From contig CAWGJT010000010.1 of NCBI GenBank assembly GCA_963822965.1, positions 1,056,001 to 1,120,000 on the forward strand: 64,000 bases of DNA. Reading direction: 5' to 3'. The notes under the pieces are model-generated. The model searched no databases and was not told the origin of the DNA. It was given only the letters and a program-made list of their open reading frames with translations. Origin of the DNA: an uncultured delta proteobacterium. GTDB lineage: Bacteria > Myxococcota_A > UBA9160 > UBA4427. Below, piece by piece: positions 1-7,843 of the stretch (its first letter is position 1; each line of letters opens with the position of its first letter). Made by a program: the position numbers and the translations under genes.

Positions 1-109
1 GGGCGCCGACGTACTTGCGCACCCAGTCCGCCGGGGCGGGCTTCATCTGCCAGGCTCGCTTCGCGAGATCGATGTGGGCGATGGCCTCTCCGAACCGCTC
101 GAGCTGCAT
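1..109 (-). CDS. 5' fragment of a probable aldehyde:ferredoxin oxidoreductase family protein (runs off the window edge)
   Basis: Not in the ORF track. AAGGAG RBS, then ATG at 109 reading MQLERFGEAIAHIDLAKRAWQMKPAPADWVRKYVGA, resembling the AOR N-terminus (IDL...W.RKY.GGRG). Only 36 codons visible. Confidence 0.5.
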   Translation of the reverse strand, partial: MQLERFGEAIAHIDLAKRAWQMKPAPADWVRKYVGA

Positions 110-334
110 GCCGGATCTCCTTCATGCCGGGGTGCCAGCCGCACAATGTACCGCAGCCGGCCCGAGCGCTCGTCGCGGCAAACGGCCTCAGGGATGTGCG
201 ATCCTGCGACCGGACGCCTCGCGCCGGTCACGGCGGCCGCGCCAGGCCCGCTGTGGCGCCCCCTGCCCCCGGAGGCCGGGTGGAGCCACGGCCATTGCCC
301 TTGGATCCATCGCCCTTGGAAGCGGGAGAGTGGT

Positions 335-1201
335 GTGGAAGCGGCCCGTCGCTCCGAGAACCAGGACCTGGCCGAGCGGCTCGGGCGGATCGCATCTCTG
401 CTCGAGGCGCAGGACGCCAACCCCTTTCGGGTGAGCGCGTACCGGCGGGCGGCGGACACGGTGCGGGCCTGCGCGGAGCCGCTGGTGGAGGTGTACCAGC
501 GCGAAGGCGTCGAGGGGCTCGAGAAGCTTCCGGGAATCGGCGAGAGCATCGCGTCGTTGATCCGGGAGTACGCAGGCAGCGGACGCATCAGCCTGCTGGA
601 ACGCCTCGACGGAGCCGTCTCGGCCGAGGAGGTGCTGGCGACGGTGCCCGGGCTGGGCACGACCCTGGCGCATCGCATCCACGAGACGCTTCAGATCGAG
701 ACCCTCGAAGAGCTCGAGTGCGCCTGTCACGACGGTCGCCTGGCGCAGGTTCCGGGCTTCGGGCCCCGGCGCATCGCCGCCATCTCGGCGTCGGTCGGTG
801 CCCTGCTCGGGGGGGAGCGACGTCGCCTGGCGCGGGCGGCGGGGGACCACCACGCCACCCGGCCGTCGGTGGCCGCCTATCTCTCGGTCGACGAGGAGTA
901 CCGCCGGCGGGCACGCGAAGGCGCCCTCGTGCGCATCGCGCCCCGCCGCTTCAACCCCGAACGGGCGGCCTGGCTTCCCATCCTGCACACCGAGCGGGAA
1001 GGCTGGTCGCTGACGGCCCTCTTCTCGAACAGCGCCCGGGCGCACCAGCTGGGGCGCACCCAGGACTGGGTGGTGATCTACGCCGATCGCGACGGGCAGC
1101 ACGACCAGTGCACCGTCGTCAGCCAACACACCGCCGGCGGCGTGCGCCGGATCGTGCGGGGACGCGAGCTCGAGTGCGAGGAGGCTGCCCGTGCCGGATG
1201 A
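335..1201 (+). CDS. Helix-hairpin-helix DNA-binding protein (PolX N-terminal-like, no polymerase/PHP domain)
   Basis: NPFRVSAYRRAA and three HhH motifs (LPGIGES, VPGLG, VPGFGPRR); C-terminal APRRFNP...WLPILH...ALFSN. GTG 335 after GGGAGAG preferred over ORF start 74. Confidence 0.8.
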   Translation: MEAARRSENQDLAERLGRIASLLEAQDANPFRVSAYRRAADTVRACAEPLVEVYQREGVEGLEKLPGIGESIASLIREYAGSGRISLLERLDGAVSAEEVLATVPGLGTTLAHRIHETLQIETLEELECACHDGRLAQVPGFGPRRIAAISASVGALLGGERRRLARAAGDHHATRPSVAAYLSVDEEYRRRAREGALVRIAPRRFNPERAAWLPILHTEREGWSLTALFSNSARAHQLGRTQDWVVIYADRDGQHDQCTVVSQHTAGGVRRIVRGRELECEEAARAG

Positions 1202-2564
1202 GCCCACGACGAAGCGCGAACGGGTGCTGATCCTCGGCGCCGCGGGTCGGGACTTCCACGACTTCAACACCGTCTTCCGGGACGATCCGTCGGTGGAGGT
1301 GGTGGCGTTCACGGCGACGCAGATTCCCGGCATCGAAGGCCGTCGCTATCCCCCGACCCTCTCCGGTCCCTTCCATCCCGCCGGCATCCCGATCGAGGAC
1401 GAGGCCCGGCTCGAGGCTCTGTGTCGGGAGCACGCCGTCGATCTCGTGGTGCTCGCCTACAGCGACCTGCCCCACGCCCGGGTGATGCACCTGGCCTCGC
1501 GCGCTCTCGCCACGGGTGCCGACTTCTCGCTGCTGGGACCCCGGCGAACGATGCTGCGCTCCCAGCACCCCGTGGTGGCGGTATCCGCCGTCCGCACGGG
1601 CTGCGGCAAGTCGCAGACGGCGCGCTGGCTGGCCGCTCGGCTGCGCGAGCGCGGACACCGCGTGGTGGCGCTGCGCCATCCCATGCCCTACGGCGATCTC
1701 GCCGCCGAGCGTGTGCAGCGCTTCGCGACCCGCGACGATCTGGACCGCGCGCGCTGCACCGCCGAGGAGCGCGAGGAGTACGAGCCGTACATCGAGGCAG
1801 GCGCCGTCATCTACGCCGGCATCGACTACGCGGCCATCCTCGCCGAGGCGGAGAAGGAGGCGGACCTGCTGCTCTGGGACGGCGGCAACAACGACTTTCC
1901 CTTCCTGGTTCCAGACGTCCACGTGGTGCTGGTCGACGCCCTGCGGCCCGACCAGCTGGACACGCACCATCCCGGCGAGACCGTCCTGCGCATGGCCGAC
2001 GTGGTCGTGGTCAACAAGGTGGACTCCGCGTCCAGCGCCGACGTGGGCCGGGCCCTCGACGGCATTCGCGCCCTACGGCCGGACGTGCCGATCCTGCGCG
2101 CCGCGTCGCCCGTGGTGCTCGACGATCCCGACCGGGTGCGCGACCGCCGGGTGCTCGTGGTGGACGACGGTCCCACCCTCACCCACGGCGGCATGGCGTA
2201 CGGGGCGGGCTGGGTGGCGGCGACGGCGGCGGGCGCCCGGGAGATCGTCGATCCGCGACCGTGGGCGGCCCCGGCAATTCGCGCCGTGTACGACGCCTAC
2301 CCGCATCTGGGTGCGGTGCTGCCCGCGGTGGGCTACGGGCCCGCGCAGCTCGAGGCCCTGCGCCAGACCCTGAACGACGCCGAAGCCGACGTCGTGGTGA
2401 GCGGCACGCCCCTGGACCTCGCGCGTCTCGTCGCGCTCGACAAGCCCGTGGTGCGCGCGCGCTATGCGTATGCCGACGCCGGACCCACCGCCCTCGACGC
2501 CTGGGTGACGAACGCCCTGGAGGCCAGGGGACGAGAAGCGAAGGAACGAGGAGGACAGCCATGA
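1191..2564 (+). CDS. arcE: P-loop NTPase of the cDPGS-like family; probable arginine synthetase
   Basis: ILGAAGRDFHDFN, AFTATQIP, AVRTGCGKSQT, RHPMPYGDL, WDGGNND, DGPTLTHGGM motifs; coupled to carbamate kinase. Function is inferred from family and context. Confidence 0.65.
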   Translation: MPDEPTTKRERVLILGAAGRDFHDFNTVFRDDPSVEVVAFTATQIPGIEGRRYPPTLSGPFHPAGIPIEDEARLEALCREHAVDLVVLAYSDLPHARVMHLASRALATGADFSLLGPRRTMLRSQHPVVAVSAVRTGCGKSQTARWLAARLRERGHRVVALRHPMPYGDLAAERVQRFATRDDLDRARCTAEEREEYEPYIEAGAVIYAGIDYAAILAEAEKEADLLLWDGGNNDFPFLVPDVHVVLVDALRPDQLDTHHPGETVLRMADVVVVNKVDSASSADVGRALDGIRALRPDVPILRAASPVVLDDPDRVRDRRVLVVDDGPTLTHGGMAYGAGWVAATAAGAREIVDPRPWAAPAIRAVYDAYPHLGAVLPAVGYGPAQLEALRQTLNDAEADVVVSGTPLDLARLVALDKPVVRARYAYADAGPTALDAWVTNALEARGREAKERGGQP

Positions 2565-3508
2565 GAGTCGTCATCGCACTCGGCGGCAATGCCATCACAC
2601 CGGGTCGCGACACCCTCGATCCCGACGCCCTTGGCGAGCGCGTCCGCGCCGCCGCCTCGGCCATCGCCGACATCGCGCGCGGACACGACGTGGTCGTCAC
2701 CCACGGTAACGGCCCGCAGGTGGGGCTGCTCGCCCTGCGCGCCCAGCCCGAGGTGGGCGGCGAGCCGGGCGAGGCGCTCGACGCGCTCGGGGCCGAGTCG
2801 GAGGGGCTCATCGGCTACCTGCTCGAGCGCGAGCTCGCCTCGATCTTCCCGGGGAGCGAGGTGGCCACGCTGCTCACTCAGGTGGAGGTGGGCGCCGAAG
2901 ACCCGGCGTTCCGCCACCCCACGAAGCCCATCGGGCCGCGCCTCTCGGCCGACGACGCGAAGGCTCTCGAGCGGCGCACCGGCTGGCGCTTCGCCGAGCA
3001 GGACGACGGCGCCTTCCGCCGGGTGGTCGCGTCGCCCGAGCCCCTGCGCATCCGCGAGCTGAAGGCCATCGAGCTGTGCGTCGAGGCCGGCGTGTTGGTC
3101 GTGTGCGCGGGCGGCGGCGGCATTCCGGTGGTGACGGGCCGGCACGGCCTGCGCGGCGCCGAGGCGGTCATCGACAAGGACCGCACGGCGTCCCTGCTCG
3201 CCACCCAGCTCCACGCCGACGCGTTGCTGCTGCTGACCGACGTGCGGGCGGTCTACGAGGGGTGGCCCGCACGCGACCGGCCGATCCGGCAGGCGTCCAT
3301 CGAGAGCCTGCGCAAGCTCGACCTGGCCCCGGGCTCCATGGGGCCCAAGGTCGAGGCCGCCATCCGCTTTGCCGAGCAGGGGGGCGACGCGCGCATCGGC
3401 CTCCTCGACGAGGCACGCCACATCCTCACGGGTGAGGCGGGAACCCGGGTCGTGCGCGACGGCTCGGCCACGACCTACTGGCCCGGCCACGAGGCACACG
3501 ACGCCTGA
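2561..3508 (+). CDS. arcC: Carbamate kinase
   Basis: VIALGGNA, THGNGPQVG, PTKPIGP, RRVVASPEP, GGGGIPV, AVIDKD, GSMGPKVEA; GAGGA RBS; ATGA overlap with the upstream gene. Confidence 0.93.
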   Translation: MRVVIALGGNAITPGRDTLDPDALGERVRAAASAIADIARGHDVVVTHGNGPQVGLLALRAQPEVGGEPGEALDALGAESEGLIGYLLERELASIFPGSEVATLLTQVEVGAEDPAFRHPTKPIGPRLSADDAKALERRTGWRFAEQDDGAFRRVVASPEPLRIRELKAIELCVEAGVLVVCAGGGGIPVVTGRHGLRGAEAVIDKDRTASLLATQLHADALLLLTDVRAVYEGWPARDRPIRQASIESLRKLDLAPGSMGPKVEAAIRFAEQGGDARIGLLDEARHILTGEAGTRVVRDGSATTYWPGHEAHDA

Positions 3509-3567
3509 CGGGGCACTGGCGCGAGGCGGCGCGCGCGTCATCATGCCCGGTCAACCCGGAGGACCCG

Positions 3568-3807
3568 ATGGACTTCAGCAAAGCGGTGGTCGTCGCCAGC
3601 TTCGAGAATCACGAGACGGCGGAGGCGGCCGCCTCCATGCTTCGCTCGGAGGGGATCGACGCGGTCGTCAGCTCCGACGACGCCGGCGGCGAGCTGCCGA
3701 ATCTCGACTTCGGCCGGGCGGTTCGCGTCTTCGTTCCGGCGGCGGACGAGGAGTTCGCGCGCGGGATCCTCAGCCAGGGCGAGTCGGAGTCCGCGGGCGG
3801 TCAGTAG
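3568..3807 (+). CDS. Small DUF2007-like protein
   Basis: 79 aa; AEAAASMLRSEGIDAVV...VRVFVPAADEEFARGIL pattern; GGAGG RBS. Confidence 0.7.
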   Translation: MDFSKAVVVASFENHETAEAAASMLRSEGIDAVVSSDDAGGELPNLDFGRAVRVFVPAADEEFARGILSQGESESAGGQ

Positions 3808-4325
3808 CGGATCACGCTGTGGCAGCGCACGGCGTCGAGAGACCGGCGTCCGGCCAGGGCCTCCAGCTCGATCAGGAACGCACAGGCCACCACCGTGGCG
3901 CCCGTCCGGCGAACCAGGTCGACGGTCGCTGCGGCGGTGCCGCCCGTGGCGATCAGGTCGTCGACGATCAGCGCCCGGGCCCCGGCGCCCAGGGCGTCCA
4001 CGTGCATCTCCACGTGGTCGGTTCCGTACTCGAGGTCGTAGCTCGCGGTGATCGTCTCGTAGGGAAGCTTGCCGGGCTTGCGCACGGGCACGAAGCCCAC
4101 CCCCAGGTCGACCGCCACGGGCGCGCCGAAGATGAAGCCGCGGGCCTCCGTGCCCACCACGAAGTCGATGCCGTCGTCGCGGAAGGGCTCGCCGATGGCC
4201 TGGACGGCCAGCCGCAGGGCTTCCGCGTTCGCCAGCAGCGGCGTGAGGTCCCGGAACAGGATCCCGGGCTTCGGAAAATCCGGAATGTCGCGGATGTGCC
4301 CGCGCAGCTCCGCCTCGACGTCCAT
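3801..4325 (-). CDS. apt: Adenine phosphoribosyltransferase
   Basis: IRDIPDFPKPGILFRD, EARGFIFG, VRKPGKLP, VDDLIATGGT. Confidence 0.97.
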   Translation of the reverse strand: MDVEAELRGHIRDIPDFPKPGILFRDLTPLLANAEALRLAVQAIGEPFRDDGIDFVVGTEARGFIFGAPVAVDLGVGFVPVRKPGKLPYETITASYDLEYGTDHVEMHVDALGAGARALIVDDLIATGGTAAATVDLVRRTGATVVACAFLIELEALAGRRSLDAVRCHSVIRY

Positions 4326-4360
4326 TGCGAGCCTCCCTCGCCGCAATGCACGTCGCGGCG

Positions 4361-5197
4361 TCAGGGAAGGTAGAGCATCGGGTCGCGGGGATCCTCGCGC
4401 CGCCGGATCTCGAAGTGCAGGTGGGGGCCGGTCGAGCGCCCGGTGGTGCCGACCAGGGCGATGCGCTGGCCCTTCTCGACGAACTCGCCCTTCCGCACCA
4501 GCAGCCGGCTCGCGTGCGCGTAGACGCTGCGGTAGTTGCCCGCGTGCTTCACGATGACCACGTTGCCGTAGTCGCCCAGCCGGCCGCTGTGGATCACCCG
4601 CCCCGCCTCGGCGGCGTGGATGGGGGTGCCCTTGCGGGCGGCCACGTCGATGCCGTCGTGGCCGCGGCTGCCCCGGGTGCCGAATCCGGAGGTGACCCGT
4701 CCCCGCAGCGGCCAGGCGAACTGCAGGTCCGCCGTGCGTCGCGCGTCGAGTCGCGCCAGTCGGCGGGCCTCGGCGATGCGGGCGGGCCGCGCCGGGGACT
4801 CGCTCACTGGCGGCCGCAGGGCGCCCCCCACCCCCGACGGCCGCTTCACGTTGGGGATCCAGAGCCGCGTTCCCACGCTCACGCTGCGGACGTCGTCGAT
4901 GCGGTTGGCCTTGGCGATCACCTGGGAGGAGACGCCGTAGCGCAGGCCGATCCGGTACAGGTTCTCGCCCGGGGTGACCTCGTGATAGAAGCCCGAGCCC
5001 CGCCGCGTCGCACAGCCGGGCGCCCCGGCCAGCGCGACGACGACCGCCACCGCCAGCACCCACCGGGCCCGGTGCGGGCGAACGGCCGGGGCCTCCGCCC
5101 CGGACGGGTGCCGCCGGGCCGGGAGATCTGCCTCTCGCTGCCTGGAGCTCGTCCTCACTCGAACCCCGTTCTCCTGCGCACGGTCCGCCCGGAACAT
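4361..5197 (-). CDS. LysM + M23 peptidase lipoprotein (NlpD-like); start uncertain
   Basis: Hydrophobic stretch ending in Cys (LAGAPGC), LysM (HEVTPGENLYRIGLRYGV), M23 motifs HDGID, YAH, STGPHLHFEIR. Confidence 0.88.
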   Translation of the reverse strand: MFRADRAQENGVRVRTSSRQREADLPARRHPSGAEAPAVRPHRARWVLAVAVVVALAGAPGCATRRGSGFYHEVTPGENLYRIGLRYGVSSQVIAKANRIDDVRSVSVGTRLWIPNVKRPSGVGGALRPPVSESPARPARIAEARRLARLDARRTADLQFAWPLRGRVTSGFGTRGSRGHDGIDVAARKGTPIHAAEAGRVIHSGRLGDYGNVVIVKHAGNYRSVYAHASRLLVRKGEFVEKGQRIALVGTTGRSTGPHLHFEIRRREDPRDPMLYLP

Positions 5198-5339
5198 CGG
5201 CGGTTCCGGGTCGAGACCCATGGGGGGCGTCCGGCCCGGCTGGGCGGCCGGGAGAGGGGACGCGGAGCTTAGCAAGTCGTCCAGCGGGACCGGAGCGTCG
5301 CCCCCCTGGGGCCATCCTTCTCCCGGGGAGTTGCCCACT

Positions 5340-5355
5340 GGTGACGCTCGTCACA
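5340..5355. promoter_or_regulatory. CRP/FNR-family-like palindromic site
   Basis: GGTGA-CGCTCG-TCACA, one mismatch to TGTGA-N6-TCACA, in a divergent intergenic region. Confidence 0.4.
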
Positions 5356-5447
5356 GCGCCCCGCCCCGGCGCTTCCGAACCAGGAGAACGCCGGGTCGGA
5401 CCCGGTGGCTGCGGGCCCGGCGGGGCCTTCATCGCGGGGGCGGCTTC

Positions 5448-6560
5448 ATGAACTTCGGACGTGCGATTCGAGCGACGCGGGTGACGCTGACGATGTGGGC
5501 GGGGCTGCTGGCCCTGACCCTGGCGGCCGGGATCCTGACGGCTGCGCCGGCGGCTCGGGCCCAGGTGCTCATCGGCGAGACGAGCGCCCGCTTCGACTGG
5601 CAGGCCGCCAGCGGCAGCGTCGGCTTCTACGAAGTGTACGTCTCGCGCTCCACCCGCGATGGCCACTACGCGCTCGAGCAGACGATCTCGGGCAACGCCG
5701 CCAGCGTCGTGATCGACGCCACCGTGGGCGAGGTGGTGCGCATCCGCGTTCGCGCCGGCAACGACCAGGCGTTCGGCCCCATGTCCGAGCCCTCGGACCC
5801 GGTGCGCTTCGGCCTGCCGCCCGAGCTTCCCGTGCTGGGGTCGCCCGGCGTGATCTCGGGCCGGGTGGGCGGAACGGACGACGGATCCGTCTTCTACGCG
5901 AACCCCACGACCGGCGAGGTGCTGCGCTTCTCCACGCTCGAGGCGGGCGTGCAGCCGACGACCATCGGCACCGAGCCGGATACCAGCTGGACGCTCGCGA
6001 CCAGCGGCGACTTCGACGGCGACGGCGCACCCGATCTGTTCTGGCGCAACAGCGACGGCACGACGCGCATCTGGTACCTGGACGCCAACGGCTACCAGGA
6101 GGAGCTCGGCCCGGTCGATCCCGGTGCCAACTGGACCGCGGAGATCACCGGCGACCTGGACGGCAACGGGCAGGACGACGTCTTCTGGCGCGACGCCGGC
6201 GGCGCGACGCTCGGCTGGTTCCGCGTGAACACGGAGTTCCAGACCGCGGGCTTCCCGCCCATGCCCCCGGCGAGCTGGGAGCTGCTGGCCTGCGGCGACT
6301 TCGACGCCGACGGCTTCGACGATCTCCTCTGGCGGAGCCTCGAGACGACCGACACGGCGATCTGGTTCATCGGGATCGACCCCTACAACGGCATCTCCGC
6401 CCGGGCGCGCCCCGCGCTGAAGCGCTCGCTGCTGTGGGAGGTGTTCGAGAGCTACGACGAGGACGGCGACGGCTACGAGGACATCCACTGGCGCGTGAAG
6501 GACAGCCACGACATCGCCGAGTGGTGGCACATGCAGGGCGAGAACGTCCGCGCCGAGTAG
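5448..6560 (+). CDS. Secreted protein: FN3-like domain + FG-GAP/VCBS repeats
   Basis: Signal peptide ending ARA; repeats GDFDGDGAPDLFWR, GDLDGNGQDDVFWR, GDFDADGFDDLLWR, DEDGDGYEDIHWR. Confidence 0.85.
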   Translation: MNFGRAIRATRVTLTMWAGLLALTLAAGILTAAPAARAQVLIGETSARFDWQAASGSVGFYEVYVSRSTRDGHYALEQTISGNAASVVIDATVGEVVRIRVRAGNDQAFGPMSEPSDPVRFGLPPELPVLGSPGVISGRVGGTDDGSVFYANPTTGEVLRFSTLEAGVQPTTIGTEPDTSWTLATSGDFDGDGAPDLFWRNSDGTTRIWYLDANGYQEELGPVDPGANWTAEITGDLDGNGQDDVFWRDAGGATLGWFRVNTEFQTAGFPPMPPASWELLACGDFDADGFDDLLWRSLETTDTAIWFIGIDPYNGISARARPALKRSLLWEVFESYDEDGDGYEDIHWRVKDSHDIAEWWHMQGENVRAE

Positions 6561-6569
6561 CGCCCGCCC

Positions 6570-7769
6570 TCAGGCCGTCTCGAACGCCTCTCGCACCTCT
6601 TCCCGCAGCGCCCTCGATTCCGCCAGCTCGAGCACCGTCAGCGCCAGCGCCCGGGCACCCTCCAGCAGCCCGGAGCGCCCCTCCGCGGTGACGGTCGCCT
6701 CGGCGAAGGCGCGGGTGTGGAGCTCGAGGTTCCGGCCGATGGGGAAGTTCGGGTGGATGGTGGGCACCACCCGCGAGACGTGGGTGATGTCGCTCGACCC
6801 GATGGCGTCCGTCGGCGCGTGCGGGGTCTCCGGAAGACCCAGGCGTTCGAGCTGCCGCCGATAGGTGGCGGCCAGCGGAAGATTCGGTCGCATGGGCGGC
6901 GACGTGCCCGCCTCGCGCCGCACCTCGAGGCGCGTGCCGGTCTGCTCGGCGGCGCCCCGGGCGCACGCGAGCACCCGCTCCTCGCTCTCCGCGAGGATGC
7001 CCTCGTCGAGCGCCCGCACCCAGACACGCGCGGCGGCGCGTTCGGGGATGACGTTCGGCACCTTCCCCCCATCGGAGACGATCGCGTGGATCCGCGCCTC
7101 GCGCGGAAGCTGCTGGCGCAGCAGCCCGACGCCGACGAAGAAGGCGATGACGCCGTCGAGGGCGTTGATGCCACGCTCGGGATAGGCGGCCGCGTGGGAG
7201 GCGCGGCCGTGGTAGACGAGCTCGAACTTCCGGTTGCCCAGGAAGAGTCGGTGGGCGCGCCGCATGTCCGACGCGTGGGCCATCATGGCGACGTCGAAGT
7301 GCTCCAGCACCCCGGCCTCCACCAGGGTGCGCTTGCCGACCCCCGTCTCCTCGGCGGGACATCCGATCACGGTCACCCGCGCGGCGTCCGGGGGCAGCAC
7401 CCGCGCCAGGGCCGCCGCCGCGAGCAGGCTCGCGGGTCCCGAGAGGTTGTGACCGCAGGCGTGACCGATGCCCGGCAGCGCATCCATCTCGGCGAGCAGG
7501 GCCGCGTGCAGAGGGGCGTCCGGGTCTCCGATGCTCGCGGTGAAGGCCGTCGGCATGCCGGCCACCTGCTCGGCGATCTCGAAGTGACGCTCGCCCAGGT
7601 AGCGCCGGTAGCGCGCGCTGGTCTCGACCTCCTCGAGGGAGAGCTCCGGCGACGCGGCCATCCACCGGGAGAGTGCGATCGCCTCGTCGGCCCCTTCGTC
7701 GATCGCTTCCAGCAAGCGGGTACGGGTCTCGTCGGGGATCCCGGTCGTCATGCCGGGATGATCGACCAT
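6570..7769 (-). CDS. M20 family amidohydrolase
   Basis: PELSLEE, EMDALPGIGHACGHN, GCPAEE, GRASHAA, GSSD; GGAG RBS before ATG 7769. Confidence 0.9.
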   Translation of the reverse strand: MVDHPGMTTGIPDETRTRLLEAIDEGADEAIALSRWMAASPELSLEEVETSARYRRYLGERHFEIAEQVAGMPTAFTASIGDPDAPLHAALLAEMDALPGIGHACGHNLSGPASLLAAAALARVLPPDAARVTVIGCPAEETGVGKRTLVEAGVLEHFDVAMMAHASDMRRAHRLFLGNRKFELVYHGRASHAAAYPERGINALDGVIAFFVGVGLLRQQLPREARIHAIVSDGGKVPNVIPERAAARVWVRALDEGILAESEERVLACARGAAEQTGTRLEVRREAGTSPPMRPNLPLAATYRRQLERLGLPETPHAPTDAIGSSDITHVSRVVPTIHPNFPIGRNLELHTRAFAEATVTAEGRSGLLEGARALALTVLELAESRALREEVREAFETA

Positions 7770-7843
7770 CGGAGGGTCTCCCTGTAACCCCCGCCGCTGC
7801 CGGACCGCCACCCTGCTAGCGTGGAAAAACGGGAGGTGGTGGT

